DNA from: an uncultured Clostridia bacterium
GTDB taxonomy: Bacteria > Bacillota > Clostridia > Christensenellales > Borkfalkiaceae
Length of the DNA: 64,000 nucleotides
Direction: 5' to 3'
Assembly: GCA_947176305.1 (NCBI GenBank)
Contig: CAMWPZ010000001.1
Location: forward strand, 4,154 to 68,153
A program made the translations under genes and the position numbers. Shown here in pieces: positions 38,125-48,700 of the stretch; position 1 is the stretch's first letter; each line of letters starts with the position of its first letter. The notes beneath the pieces are model-generated. The model was given only the letters and a program-made list of their open reading frames with translations, was not told where the DNA came from and ran no database searches.

Positions 38125-40837
38125 TTTTCACCTCAGTAAAATGATAGTTTGTTGCAGTATAAATTTGACTTGACTGTGGACTATATAAATTACCCTTCGT
38201 ATCGCACTTCAATTTAGTGTAATTCCCCACTGCGTCTTTTACATAAACTTGTAAAGCAATAGAAGAAAGTATAACAATATGACACTTCGAATACCCACAC
38301 ACGTCTGTTTTATTGCCGGTTGCATCCCTATAATGTAGTCGCGCTGAATATGTATCATTATCTTGTCCACGAACCAATTCTGTAATATAATATCCCGTTG
38401 AAATCAACTTCCATGAATCCCCTCCGCTCCCGCAAATCGGATTTATTTTTAAAACAAGATTGTTTAATTTGAGTTTTTCTCTGTCGCCGAAGACAAACTC
38501 ACCTTCCCATAATATCTTCTCGCCACTTGCAAATAACCCTGTAGAAGGAGAACTTACCTTTATCCAGTAAATACCTTCGTCGACATCAGACAAGTCACCG
38601 TTAATCAATTCAGTAGATTTTTTAACTATTTCTTCTTTACCAATGCGTTTAAGACAAATATTGAAGTAGGGCTTCTTCCCGCCGATAAAGCACTTATCTC
38701 CAATAAAAAGCAACTTACTATTATCAACAGCGAATGGTGGTTCTTGCAAAAAATGCTCTACCGTCGTTACCGAGCATATTTCCTTTTGTTCACTATTTCC
38801 ATCAAATTTAAAAAAGAACAATAGATCCTTGCAATTTTCATTTGCAAATATGTGTTTTCCGATTTCGTATTTTAACGAAGCATTTCGTGCAATTTCCTGC
38901 AATTTTCCATCAGCCAAACAATACAACTTTGTTTTGTCGATTTCTATCGGAGATTGCACCTCGAATACTGACCCATTGCTAAAATAGGTTTTATACCAAA
39001 CAATATTCGAAATTGGACCGTAGTGCCATTCTCCCATGTCAATACGCCACTTAATTTGGGGTACAGTGATAAATAAATGCCCATTACCCAACTTGCAAAA
39101 TACCGTTTCTTGCCCCGTTTCCCAAGTCAAATCTTTATGCTGTAGCCCAACGCTAACCCTAACACTTTTATCGTCATCTCCAAAATATATTTGTTTGGAA
39201 AAACCAATATGGAGTTTTTTGATTAAAACAATATCAGTATGAATCAGTTCTTTTTCTGTAAGGTGTGAATGTACGATAAATTCGCTAAGAACATATTGGG
39301 GAAATAACTTCGTTATGTCAACTATAAAATAGCCTTCATCTATATTGGGTGCTAAATCAGACAATAAAGTACTATTACCGTTTACCCTTAACTCCAAAGC
39401 GTTAACAGAAGTATTTTGAGGGAGCAACAAGTTTATTCTATTGCCAAACACTTTACAATCGTGCTCCTCATATTTCCATTTGCAAATCCCGGATTCCCCT
39501 ACAAGTTGCACTTTATTTGTTACTACTTTTGAATCCATTTCATTGGTAAAGAACACTTGCCTGTTATCACTACCTATTACTTCACCATCGTCAGGATAAA
39601 TATTATATAAATTAGCTGCAACCGTGTTTATAACAGTCGGAGTCTGCAAAGAATCAATTGATAACGAGTAAACAAAATAATTTCCAACTTTCAGAATCCT
39701 ATTTGTCAGCTCTTTTTCGTTATCAAATAATATAAAATCTTTTTCAATTGTTTTATCAAAAATGGTTTTCCCATTTTCAGCAATTTCTACCCGTATATTT
39801 ATATCAGATACTTCGCGTAGCAAATCGTTCAATTTTATATCTTGTTGAGCAGATGTTACAGTCATCTCACCAGTACGCGTAAATATTTCCTTTGAGACAA
39901 TGGGGCTTGATTGATTACAAATATATACCGACAACCAAAGTTTCGGATATTCTCCACGCGCAAATCGAATTGGTGGAACACATAAATATGTATCCTCTTC
40001 TCTGCGAAGGAATTTTATGGAAATATTTTGCTTCGGTACAGATTGTATTGGGAACTTGGATGTGTTAGGCACTGGATCGGGATCTTGCTTTTTTGCCCAC
40101 CAGTCCTTAACAAGATTTATTAAATAATCGTCATTCGACAAAGTGTGACCATGATATAAGAAATCCATTGCGGTTAAGACTTTATCGATTAATTCAGTGA
40201 AGCAATTGCGTGTTTTATATCCCAACGCCATACTGCGAAGCCCTATCTTGATTCCATACACTCCGCTTCCGATAGTGACCCCGACGTTTGCCCCGCTAAG
40301 GCTTTGCGCCACAGCACAAAATCCACTTGTTGCTATATCGCAAATCTCGGTATCCGAATCCGTATAAACAAAGTCCAAATCTTTTTTATATATGTTATAA
40401 ATAAATTCAAAGAACGAGCTTATGCTTTTATATGGAGCAAAAGCATGCATCAACACCGTAGCATAATACTTGTCTTTTGTGTCAGCCATAAGAATTTTTC
40501 CACTATCAACAAGTCCTTTAATTAAATTTGTATAGGCACTATATAGTTTTGAGCTATCACCGCCGTTCAGCATCGTTCCCAAAATATACTGCCAAAATCC
40601 TTTATCACTATCATCATCGCTTTTCCATCTTTTGGCAAGTTCAACTAATGTTGCAAAATGTATTTCATCATCGCCTGATAAATAAGAACCGATACCGAAT
40701 GCATAAGCGCGAGAATATTTTTTTGTATACGCAAAAAGCTTCTGAAACTCGTCGTCGGAATAAGAAACGATGCCTATAAGATTTTGTTCAGCAATCGCTT
40801 TGTGAACCTTTTCTTTCAATGCCTCACTAATGTCCAT
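38117..40837 (-). CDS. 906-aa protein of unknown function, partner of the DEAH/DUF1998 helicase (DruH-like by position and size)
   Basis: It overlaps the helicase gene by 8 nt. A helical N-terminus of about 260 aa is followed by repeated beta-rich modules. No nucleotide-binding or nuclease motif recognised. Confidence 0.45.
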   Translation of the reverse strand: MDISEALKEKVHKAIAEQNLIGIVSYSDDEFQKLFAYTKKYSRAYAFGIGSYLSGDDEIHFATLVELAKRWKSDDDSDKGFWQYILGTMLNGGDSSKLYSAYTNLIKGLVDSGKILMADTKDKYYATVLMHAFAPYKSISSFFEFIYNIYKKDLDFVYTDSDTEICDIATSGFCAVAQSLSGANVGVTIGSGVYGIKIGLRSMALGYKTRNCFTELIDKVLTAMDFLYHGHTLSNDDYLINLVKDWWAKKQDPDPVPNTSKFPIQSVPKQNISIKFLRREEDTYLCVPPIRFARGEYPKLWLSVYICNQSSPIVSKEIFTRTGEMTVTSAQQDIKLNDLLREVSDINIRVEIAENGKTIFDKTIEKDFILFDNEKELTNRILKVGNYFVYSLSIDSLQTPTVINTVAANLYNIYPDDGEVIGSDNRQVFFTNEMDSKVVTNKVQLVGESGICKWKYEEHDCKVFGNRINLLLPQNTSVNALELRVNGNSTLLSDLAPNIDEGYFIVDITKLFPQYVLSEFIVHSHLTEKELIHTDIVLIKKLHIGFSKQIYFGDDDKSVRVSVGLQHKDLTWETGQETVFCKLGNGHLFITVPQIKWRIDMGEWHYGPISNIVWYKTYFSNGSVFEVQSPIEIDKTKLYCLADGKLQEIARNASLKYEIGKHIFANENCKDLLFFFKFDGNSEQKEICSVTTVEHFLQEPPFAVDNSKLLFIGDKCFIGGKKPYFNICLKRIGKEEIVKKSTELINGDLSDVDEGIYWIKVSSPSTGLFASGEKILWEGEFVFGDREKLKLNNLVLKINPICGSGGDSWKLISTGYYITELVRGQDNDTYSARLHYRDATGNKTDVCGYSKCHIVILSSIALQVYVKDAVGNYTKLKCDTKGNLYSPQSSQIYTATNYHFTEVKNV

Positions 40838-40906
40838 AATTTCTCCTTTGTGAATTATATCAAATTTCCTATGTAATCAACGTTATTGCTTTTAAAAATG
40901 AAAACG

Positions 40907-41452
40907 TTATATATACTTTTCAACGGGATATCCAAGCAGCAACATTATTTTAAGCTCATCAAGACTATCTTTAAGCGCATTGTGCGTTTCCTGATATGCG
41001 GTGTCGCCGGTAAGCATTCTTAAAATTGATTGAACACCATATCCTGATTTAAGTCGCCCAGTTGAACACAGGGGCATTCCACGAGGGATCTTATGATTAT
41101 ATTGGATATACGCCGCTAATTTCATTATATCGAACCAATGCATGCCACCAAGTTCCGGTAGATGATTTTTATCAAATACGGAGTTATACGCAAATACTTT
41201 ACTAACGCGGTTGTTTTTGCACCAATCAATCAGATTATTAAGTGCTTCTAAACGAGAACAAATTATAGGGTTTTTAATGTCGCGATGCAGAAGGGCACCT
41301 AAATACATCCCTCCTGCACGATATTCGGGATCTAATATGTAATACTTTGATTCAAGTGGTAACATAGTATCACTGTCCGCTATAACCGCCCCAATAGACA
41401 TGACCTCATCTGTCCACGTGGTTTCAGTATCTATTACAACAAACTTCTCCAC
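40907..41452 (-). CDS. DEDDh 3'-5' exonuclease (DnaQ-like)
   Basis: 181 aa with a GTG start. Exo motifs VVIDTETTW (D-x-E), FAYNSVFDKNHL (D) and THNALKDSLDE (H-x4-D). Confidence 0.7.
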   Translation of the reverse strand: MEKFVVIDTETTWTDEVMSIGAVIADSDTMLPLESKYYILDPEYRAGGMYLGALLHRDIKNPIICSRLEALNNLIDWCKNNRVSKVFAYNSVFDKNHLPELGGMHWFDIMKLAAYIQYNHKIPRGMPLCSTGRLKSGYGVQSILRMLTGDTAYQETHNALKDSLDELKIMLLLGYPVEKYI

Positions 41453-41574
41453 TATTTGTCCTCTGTCGTATAAAATTTATCTATAGCCCTCTTGGTAACC
41501 GTCTTCGCAACAGTATCAAGAAAAGTAGCCCTGTTTGGAATTTTTATCTCAAACTTAGCATTGTTTCTTGTATT

Positions 41575-43259
41575 TCATAAAATACCTTTTGACAAACCTA
41601 ACGCAACAACGTAGCTTGCACATTGCAAAAAATGCACGTGAGAAAGCTCTGATACAAATTTTAATTCATATACTGTATCACCCCTAACCGCATCCGCAAG
41701 GCCTTTGGCAAGAAAAGCTTTTTTACCAGTTTCATAGGCAAAAGTGATTTTACACTCTGTCTGCACATTTTCATCGGGACTCAATGTTGTGTTTAACCTT
41801 TTAATTAGTGCCTTCTTTTCTTTCTTTTGAGCAAACGGCGTTGTAACCTGTTGCAGATACCTTAGCTGCCTAGTTTCTAATCTCGTTAATAAAAGTATCT
41901 TTCTGTCAAGTGAACCTGCATCTTTTTTTGAATATAATCCCTTTTCTTGTGGATGTAAGGTAAAATAAAACTCAAGGCTCTTATCTATATCATATCCACT
42001 GAAAAATACTGCCTCCTGATATATTCCTATACAGGGAGAAAGGTCAATCAACTCGTCCCTGTTTTTAATTTTTATATCTTCTAAATTTTTACTTTCAACC
42101 TCTTTTATATTCAATAAAGAGTAGCATTCTTCTATATCCTCAACATATTTAAAATCGAACATAGTAGAAATATCTATATCTTGAAAAATACATTTTCTTC
42201 AGGTTTAGACTTTAACGTGCTTTCGGAAAGTTTTTCTTCACCATTTGAAACAAAAATTATTTTCTCTTTGCCCCTACTATCTGCGATGCAGAAAATATTG
42301 CGCAGTATTTCAAATGACTGCCGGTGTTTATCTATGCGTACAGCCCAATAACTTTCTGTAAAATCAAATACTATGCATATATTCCGTTCTTAACCCTTTG
42401 CTGCTGTCAAAAGTAGTAAAAATTGCGCATGAGCTATCAGGCTCTACCGCCTTATTACCGTCATCGTCTTGTATACTTGAATATAAGGTTCTTTTATTGA
42501 AAATATCAGGATAAGTATCTTCAAGTTCGTTTTGAACATCTGACATGGCTCCGGTTCTTGAGCCGAGGCATAATATATCTTTCGGATTTTTGTCGGCAAG
42601 AAAAGCAATTACCTCTTCAGTATTCATGTTAATTATTTCGCAATTTCCGTTTAACCCAATGATTGGTTTACCCCAAATCTGTCCAAGTGTTTCCGCGTGA
42701 TTGGCAGAGAGTCTAAAACATTTTTAAACGTAAGCTTTTCATAATCACATAAAAACTTATCAATAAATTCAGGCACGTTGAGTACAGTTTTATCATATAT
42801 TTTCTGTTCCATGCCCACTACGGCGACTATCTGCATACAGGGATTAGTCGATTTTATGTATTCAAGCATTTCGGCAAATTCCTGCTCAATATCTTGATAT
42901 TCGTCTAAAATGAGGATATCAAAATGAGGTAGAGGTGACTTTACCCGAAGAAATTTTTGAACCAAATCATGAATACCGGCACTTATATTTTGTTTCTTAA
43001 GCATTGAAAACGCAAAACCGTGGTAATTAGTTACGGTAATTAATCGCCTTTTTATCTTCTTGCGCGCATCAAGTTTTAAAAGCTTGTTATAAGTAAGATA
43101 TAAAATTTTACAATTTAATGGAAGCTCTTCGCACAAGTGCTGTATAGCAGTTATTTTACCGCTACCTATACAGGCATCGACAAGTATATTTTTGCCTTGC
43201 TTAGCACCTTCAATAAATTTAAGTTGTTCATCGGATAAGTTAATTTTAAAATTAGACAT
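41575..43259 (-). pseudogene. UvrD-type SF1 helicase fused to a RecB/Cas4-type PD-(D/E)xK nuclease, disrupted at three or more points
   Basis: Fragments in three frames. 43259..42651 carries Walker A CIGSGKIT and motif II ILILDEYQD. 42627..42364 carries FTTFDSSKGL. About 42390..42174 reads ERNICIVFDFTESYW...IIFV then TAG. 42162..41575 carries nuclease motifs GLADAV, VYELKF and FLQCASY (QxxxY). Lesions: a frameshift in the T5/A5 run at 42721-42725, a 1-nt frame change near 42391, and TAG at 42176..42174. The reading frame also continues 41 codons past the TGA at 41575. Confidence 0.65.
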
Positions 43260-43274
43260 GCTTATACTCTTAAT

Positions 43275-45788
43275 TTATGAAAAATTGATATATTCCTCAA
43301 TTAAATTTAAATAATGCAAAGGTACCGGTAAGTTGGTTACAGAATTATATTCAGGAGAAAGATACCTTAACTGGTTCAAGAAGTTTATAACTTCAAATGA
43401 ATCATCATTTTCACATAAACTTAAAGGAAAATATTCTGATAACTTTTTTCCTTTATATGATTTATTAGAATTAGAAAAGCTATACTCTTTATTCCCATCA
43501 CTGTATGTCCTATCGTTCCTCTTTTCGGTAACACTTGCGTAATAAACTTCCCTATATTTAAAAATTCCATCAGCAGATCCGGTCGCGTTATAGCCATCGG
43601 TAAAATAATAATTAGGTATCTCCTCATTATCCCTGATTCTTACAACTCGAAGTTTAGAATTATTCAAGTTAAATGAAACTGAACAAATCTTGCTGCCTAT
43701 ATCGATATTATAAGGTCTATAATCGCTCATAAAAGAATACGTGCTTATTTTTTTATTAGAAATTCCCGGCCACAACTCACTTCTAACAAATCCATCACCG
43801 GATACAATTACAATTGCATCTTGATAGCGATAATAATTTTCCAAGCCTTTAATTTTTTGCTCTATATATCTTTTTGATGCTTCAAGACACAGCTTGTCAC
43901 AATCCCTGTTCATTGATAGTTTACAAAATTCTATACAAGCTTGATAATAGCTCGTTGGTAAGCCATTATTCACCACTGGGCTTTCAACAGTAATTTGCCT
44001 GTCGTTTATATCATACTTTACCAACATAGGTACAGCACGTATAGTTGTACCCGACATGGTTTTTACATTTGAATGCGCACCAATAGCCAAAACGGGATAT
44101 CTTAAAAATTTATCAAGTTTAGTAGCGCGTTTTGTATAGCCAAATTGGCGAAGTAAATCATATATCGCAACCGATATTTTATGTGGCATCCCGTTAACCT
44201 CTTTTATATCGTTTTCCTCTATTGGATTAATAAACTGAGTAACGCGATTAGTCAATGCAAAGCCACAACGTAACAGGTTTTTCGCATCTTTAACGTTTTT
44301 ATCGTCTTGGTTTTTGGGTAGGATTATAATACTACCGACCATTAAATTCTTTGGAGCCTGTCCTATGCTTTCACTAACTTGCTTAATCCTCTCTGTTCTT
44401 TTGGATATGTTATTGTAATCTTGAATTAAAATAGGATCAGCAAAATTTTTTAATGGAAGCTTTTGTATATCTATTCCAAAATCTTCAGTATTTTTATCAA
44501 TTATAACCCTTAAACTATCTTCTATTTTTTGCGCCAATTCATTATCATTGCTTAACGAATAGATTTCTATTCTCGCCCCGCTAAAACCCGTCTTGGATAA
44601 GCATTCACAAATATCAATCCCATTTGGGGCCCATGTATCTTTGTTTTCTTTTAATGGCGCGGGATTTAATCTCGCAGACCTTGCTTTTACTTTAATTAGT
44701 GGATCGCTCTTTGATACTGATTCTTTAATTAATTCATAAATCGCATTATAAAGCGCAACTTTATCAAGAGCGCTTATTCCCGTTCCGATTTTAGATTCCC
44801 ACGCATTGCTGTTTTGTGTTGAACGAGTGCAATAAATCTGCGGATTACTTTTTGTTTCATCATTGTAAAGCTCTAATCTATTCAAAACGTCATCTGCTTT
44901 CGGTAAACTATTAGGGTACGCAAAGTTGTAACAGCTTTCATCGGCATCTTTCCAAACTACTTGATCCTTAATATAGTCATAGAACATAGGAATCTTATAG
45001 TAAATAGGCTTGTTATTGTGTTTAACATAAACACTCATGTTGTTTTTTAAATACTTTTTTGAACGCGCCGATGTATTTTTAAATATTCTTCTGCTACAGT
45101 TTAAAAGCAACATCGAAGAAGTAGTATTCTGTCCCGGAATTGTTTGTAGCCCAAAAGAAAACACGTAGGCATATAAGTCGCCTTTATATCCTTTAATAAC
45201 TTGCGACATCAACTCATTGCGCCCAGAATAATTCAACACCAACTCTGTATTGTCGTAAACAATAGATTTACCAATCATACTCTCCATCAATTTAAGGCAA
45301 AAGCCGTTGTAAGCATATTGGCTTGTTATTATTCCGTTTTCGTCAATAATCTCCAAATATTCGGTATTAATATAATTTAACAACTCTTGCGGATTTATCA
45401 AGTTGATAAATTTAGTTAATGCCTCTTGCACCCCATCATTCTTTTGATACTTAACATAAAATGATTGTGCCGCCGCTTGCAAATTAATGCAAATATCTTG
45501 GCATACATATTTGTCTATTTCCTTTAAGCAAACAATCCACTTTGAATCATCGCTTCCCTTGCGCATACTGTTAATTTCAATTAACCCATGCACCCAGTTG
45601 GCGCAAATTTGATTGAGCGCACTGCATAAAGGTAAATTATACTTATCGTAGTCATATTTTGGATTTGCCGTAATTGCTAGTTCAACCAAGCATTCCTTCC
45701 ATAAAGGAGGAAATCCAACAGTATAAGTTTTAATCGTTAAAGCTTTCGGGATAAAAGTCATCATCTGAAGCTGTTTTTGTTGACTCAT
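43275..45788 (-). CDS. pPIWI-RE-type Argonaute-like protein
   Basis: 837 aa with no P-loop. The C-terminal third carries PIWI-like strands: PVLAIGAHSNV, AIVIVSGDGFVRS and the terminal LPVPLHYLNLIEEY (compare human AGO2 GADVTH, YRDGVSEGQ, PAPAYYAHLVAFRARY). It is the third gene after the REase and the DinG-like helicase. The start is uncertain (45788, 45764 or 45761), and all candidates overlap the helicase gene end. Confidence 0.6.
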   Translation of the reverse strand: MSQQKQLQMMTFIPKALTIKTYTVGFPPLWKECLVELAITANPKYDYDKYNLPLCSALNQICANWVHGLIEINSMRKGSDDSKWIVCLKEIDKYVCQDICINLQAAAQSFYVKYQKNDGVQEALTKFINLINPQELLNYINTEYLEIIDENGIITSQYAYNGFCLKLMESMIGKSIVYDNTELVLNYSGRNELMSQVIKGYKGDLYAYVFSFGLQTIPGQNTTSSMLLLNCSRRIFKNTSARSKKYLKNNMSVYVKHNNKPIYYKIPMFYDYIKDQVVWKDADESCYNFAYPNSLPKADDVLNRLELYNDETKSNPQIYCTRSTQNSNAWESKIGTGISALDKVALYNAIYELIKESVSKSDPLIKVKARSARLNPAPLKENKDTWAPNGIDICECLSKTGFSGARIEIYSLSNDNELAQKIEDSLRVIIDKNTEDFGIDIQKLPLKNFADPILIQDYNNISKRTERIKQVSESIGQAPKNLMVGSIIILPKNQDDKNVKDAKNLLRCGFALTNRVTQFINPIEENDIKEVNGMPHKISVAIYDLLRQFGYTKRATKLDKFLRYPVLAIGAHSNVKTMSGTTIRAVPMLVKYDINDRQITVESPVVNNGLPTSYYQACIEFCKLSMNRDCDKLCLEASKRYIEQKIKGLENYYRYQDAIVIVSGDGFVRSELWPGISNKKISTYSFMSDYRPYNIDIGSKICSVSFNLNNSKLRVVRIRDNEEIPNYYFTDGYNATGSADGIFKYREVYYASVTEKRNDRTYSDGNKEYSFSNSNKSYKGKKLSEYFPLSLCENDDSFEVINFLNQLRYLSPEYNSVTNLPVPLHYLNLIEEYINFS

Positions 45789-48700
45789 AATTTACATTCT
45801 CCTTTAATGCGTTATAAAATGATTCATATAATACTTTCGCTACATATCCATCCGTTTTTATCAAATAATCTATGTAATCACATATTTCTTTTAATATTTC
45901 AAAAGACCAGTCTCCTCTTCCGCCGTTGAAAGCGCCGTCAGCGAAATAAATTCTTGGCGGCTCCCCAATTTTCGATATGTCGCTAACTCTGGCAGACCTA
46001 CCATAAATTTGGTCCAACATAATGAATACGGTGGCGACTACATCTTTCTTGCTTTCATCCGATAAAAACCTAAGTCCTGCTACACTATCCTTCTGCATCA
46101 TATCCCAAAATTTTCCTGCTTCAGTTTTTACTTTATCAGAAAACATACCCCAATCATAAACGCTTGCATTGCAAAACCGCATTGAAATATAGCCGTTTAA
46201 TTTACTGACTTTTAAGGATATATCATCAGGTACCGACATCGGCCTTACTAAAAAGAATATGCTTCTTATTGCTGAATTGGCGTTCTTATCTAATATGTTA
46301 TATCCCCTACATATAACGGCTGCCGGAGCAACAAGAATCTTCTCTTCCGCGTCGTCAAAATAAATAAGGTCATTTTTTCTTAACATACCATTTTCTGAAC
46401 GTGTTTCGTCATCACGAATTAATACAGCACATTTGTGCGCACTCTTAATATCATTAAGTAGCCTTTTAGTATGAATCCAAGTTTCATGCGCTTCGTCATA
46501 ACTATTGACAATAAACAAAATCTTCCCCGACTTATTTAATTCTGCTTCTATATCTGGACGTATTTCATAAAGTAATTTTGAAATTCGCTCTTCTCTCCCA
46601 TCTTTACTTCCGCCCGAAATAACTGTAGTTGCGCCACACGTGCGTATTATTGATTTACTTAAGTAATTAGTTGTTTCCTCTGAAGATTCAAGTATATAAT
46701 TCACCGGAGCATTTATATGGTATTGTAACGATCCGGGAGCATAACTTGAGCCAGAAAGTAAAATAGCATGTGGACCCAAAGGGGAACCTTCCTCATTGAC
46801 TTTCAACCACGGCAAAGAAAGCATCAAATATCTACCGCAGGCATATTGCCTGTATATTTTAAGTTTTTCATCAGATTTTGAATACATCATACCAAAAATA
46901 TTACCCATTGGTGCCGAGGGTAAGAATTTTTGTTGGGTTATAAATCTTGCTTGCAAAAAATCTGATATGTTATTGTTTCGAAGCACTTCTCTATCAACCG
47001 ATTTCGCAGCATCATCTATTCTGTATACAAATCTATCAAAGAAAATAACCTTTAGAAGTAGTTGTATATGACGATAATCTTTTTTATCGATATTTATTTT
47101 ATGATTCGAAAATAATCTATCAAGTCTTACGGCGACATGACTATCTTCTCTACAAGAGCCATCTATAATTTCAGACAATTGGTTCGTCAAATCATTATTA
47201 TACAATATATCTTCATTTTGCACGTTAACACATTGCCTCAACGCATCTTCTAATTTCTGGTCAATTTTATCAGAATGCATTCTTTCAATTAACGTAAGAG
47301 CAGAAAACGTTGACGTAACTAGATTTTTCCAAGCACCTTTTTCTGTCTTTATAAGCTCATCTATATCATAAGATATTGCATCATAAACAGATATCGCATC
47401 ACGGGTAAGATTAAAGAATCTTCTTTCGTTTCTGTCTCTGTCAACCGCCGAATGATTCTTTTTCATATCAACCGCGCTGGCATCTGCTTGTGAATTTATA
47501 AAATCGTTAAATGCAGTATTCGGTGCAAAAAAATCATCTAACGTATTTTGCACCCTGTCACATTCATCAAACATTACCACATCAAAATTGTCTATTACCT
47601 CTTCTAAAAAAAGATGATGATTTTTACCTATAAATGAAGCCGCCAAACCAGCCACAGTAGTAATTACTATTGAAGATTTTTCAGCCTCTCGAAGCATTGC
47701 TGACCCCGGACACATTTCAAAAAATGAGCACCTATATTTCCCGAAATGTTTTTGTTCAGTATCGCACGAATGTAGATTATAACAAGGTCTTTCACTAAAT
47801 TCCCAAGCTGTTTTATTTTCGTTATTTAATCCGTTTAAAATGCAAGGCGCCGATAAATACCTTGCAATATCTTCTTCAATGTATTTTTCGCCTTTTTTTA
47901 ATAGTGAATAGGAGTATTTCTCTTGATTTGATTTACCAACCAATGGAGAAACAGATATTGATAATTCCTTAAAATATTTGTAGTATTCAATAACTTCATT
48001 GATTGAATTTAAAACAATTACTGCCCTATATCCCTTTTCAGCAAGATAAAAGCTTATGACCTTTAATAATGTACTTTTGCCTGAACCTACCATGCCTACA
48101 ATGTTAACCACATCTTCTATGTTCAAAATATTACTTCTATTTTTTACATTTACTAATTTGTTTTTAGTTAAAACATTATAACAATAGTCGTCTGCTTTTA
48201 TATCTTTCATTTTTAAAGTAGTTTTTAATAAATCCTCATATGTTATTTCAATTTTTTTTCTTCGATTTTTAAGACTTTTTTCTTCGGCAACACTTTCAAT
48301 TCGACAATCAAAATTATTGGGAATATCGATAGTAACAGCCTGTTTATCTTCTCGATAAAATTTATATCTGCCAGCATTTGCAGTTGGCATATCTCTTTGT
48401 ATTTTTTCTTTTGAATTAATATAGTCCCAATAATACTGTTCTCTATCTGAAACAGGAATAATTTTATCCGTTTTTACTAAAATATTGTTCTCAACATTAT
48501 AAAGTCGAATATTCTCATACCGCTTGTCCATATATAAGTAAAAATCTTTTTCCCACTGCATTTTGGATGCATAAACAAGGAATTTCATTCTTGCTTGTTG
48601 TAACCAAAACAGTTGTTCACTCTTTAAGCTATGGTTTATTAATTGATATCCTCTTAAAAGAACATAAGCTTTTGATGGATTCAATGTCGGTGACACTTTT

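Noticed and set aside
31856-43259. Alternative genetic code (stop-codon reassignment) to explain in-frame stops in the PHP gene, the small Cys-rich ORF and the helicase-nuclease
   Set aside because: The interruptions include TAA, TAG and TGA together with true frameshifts. The long neighbouring genes (1597, 906, 837 and 1026 aa) are uninterrupted in the standard code. Local gene decay or sequencing error explains them better.
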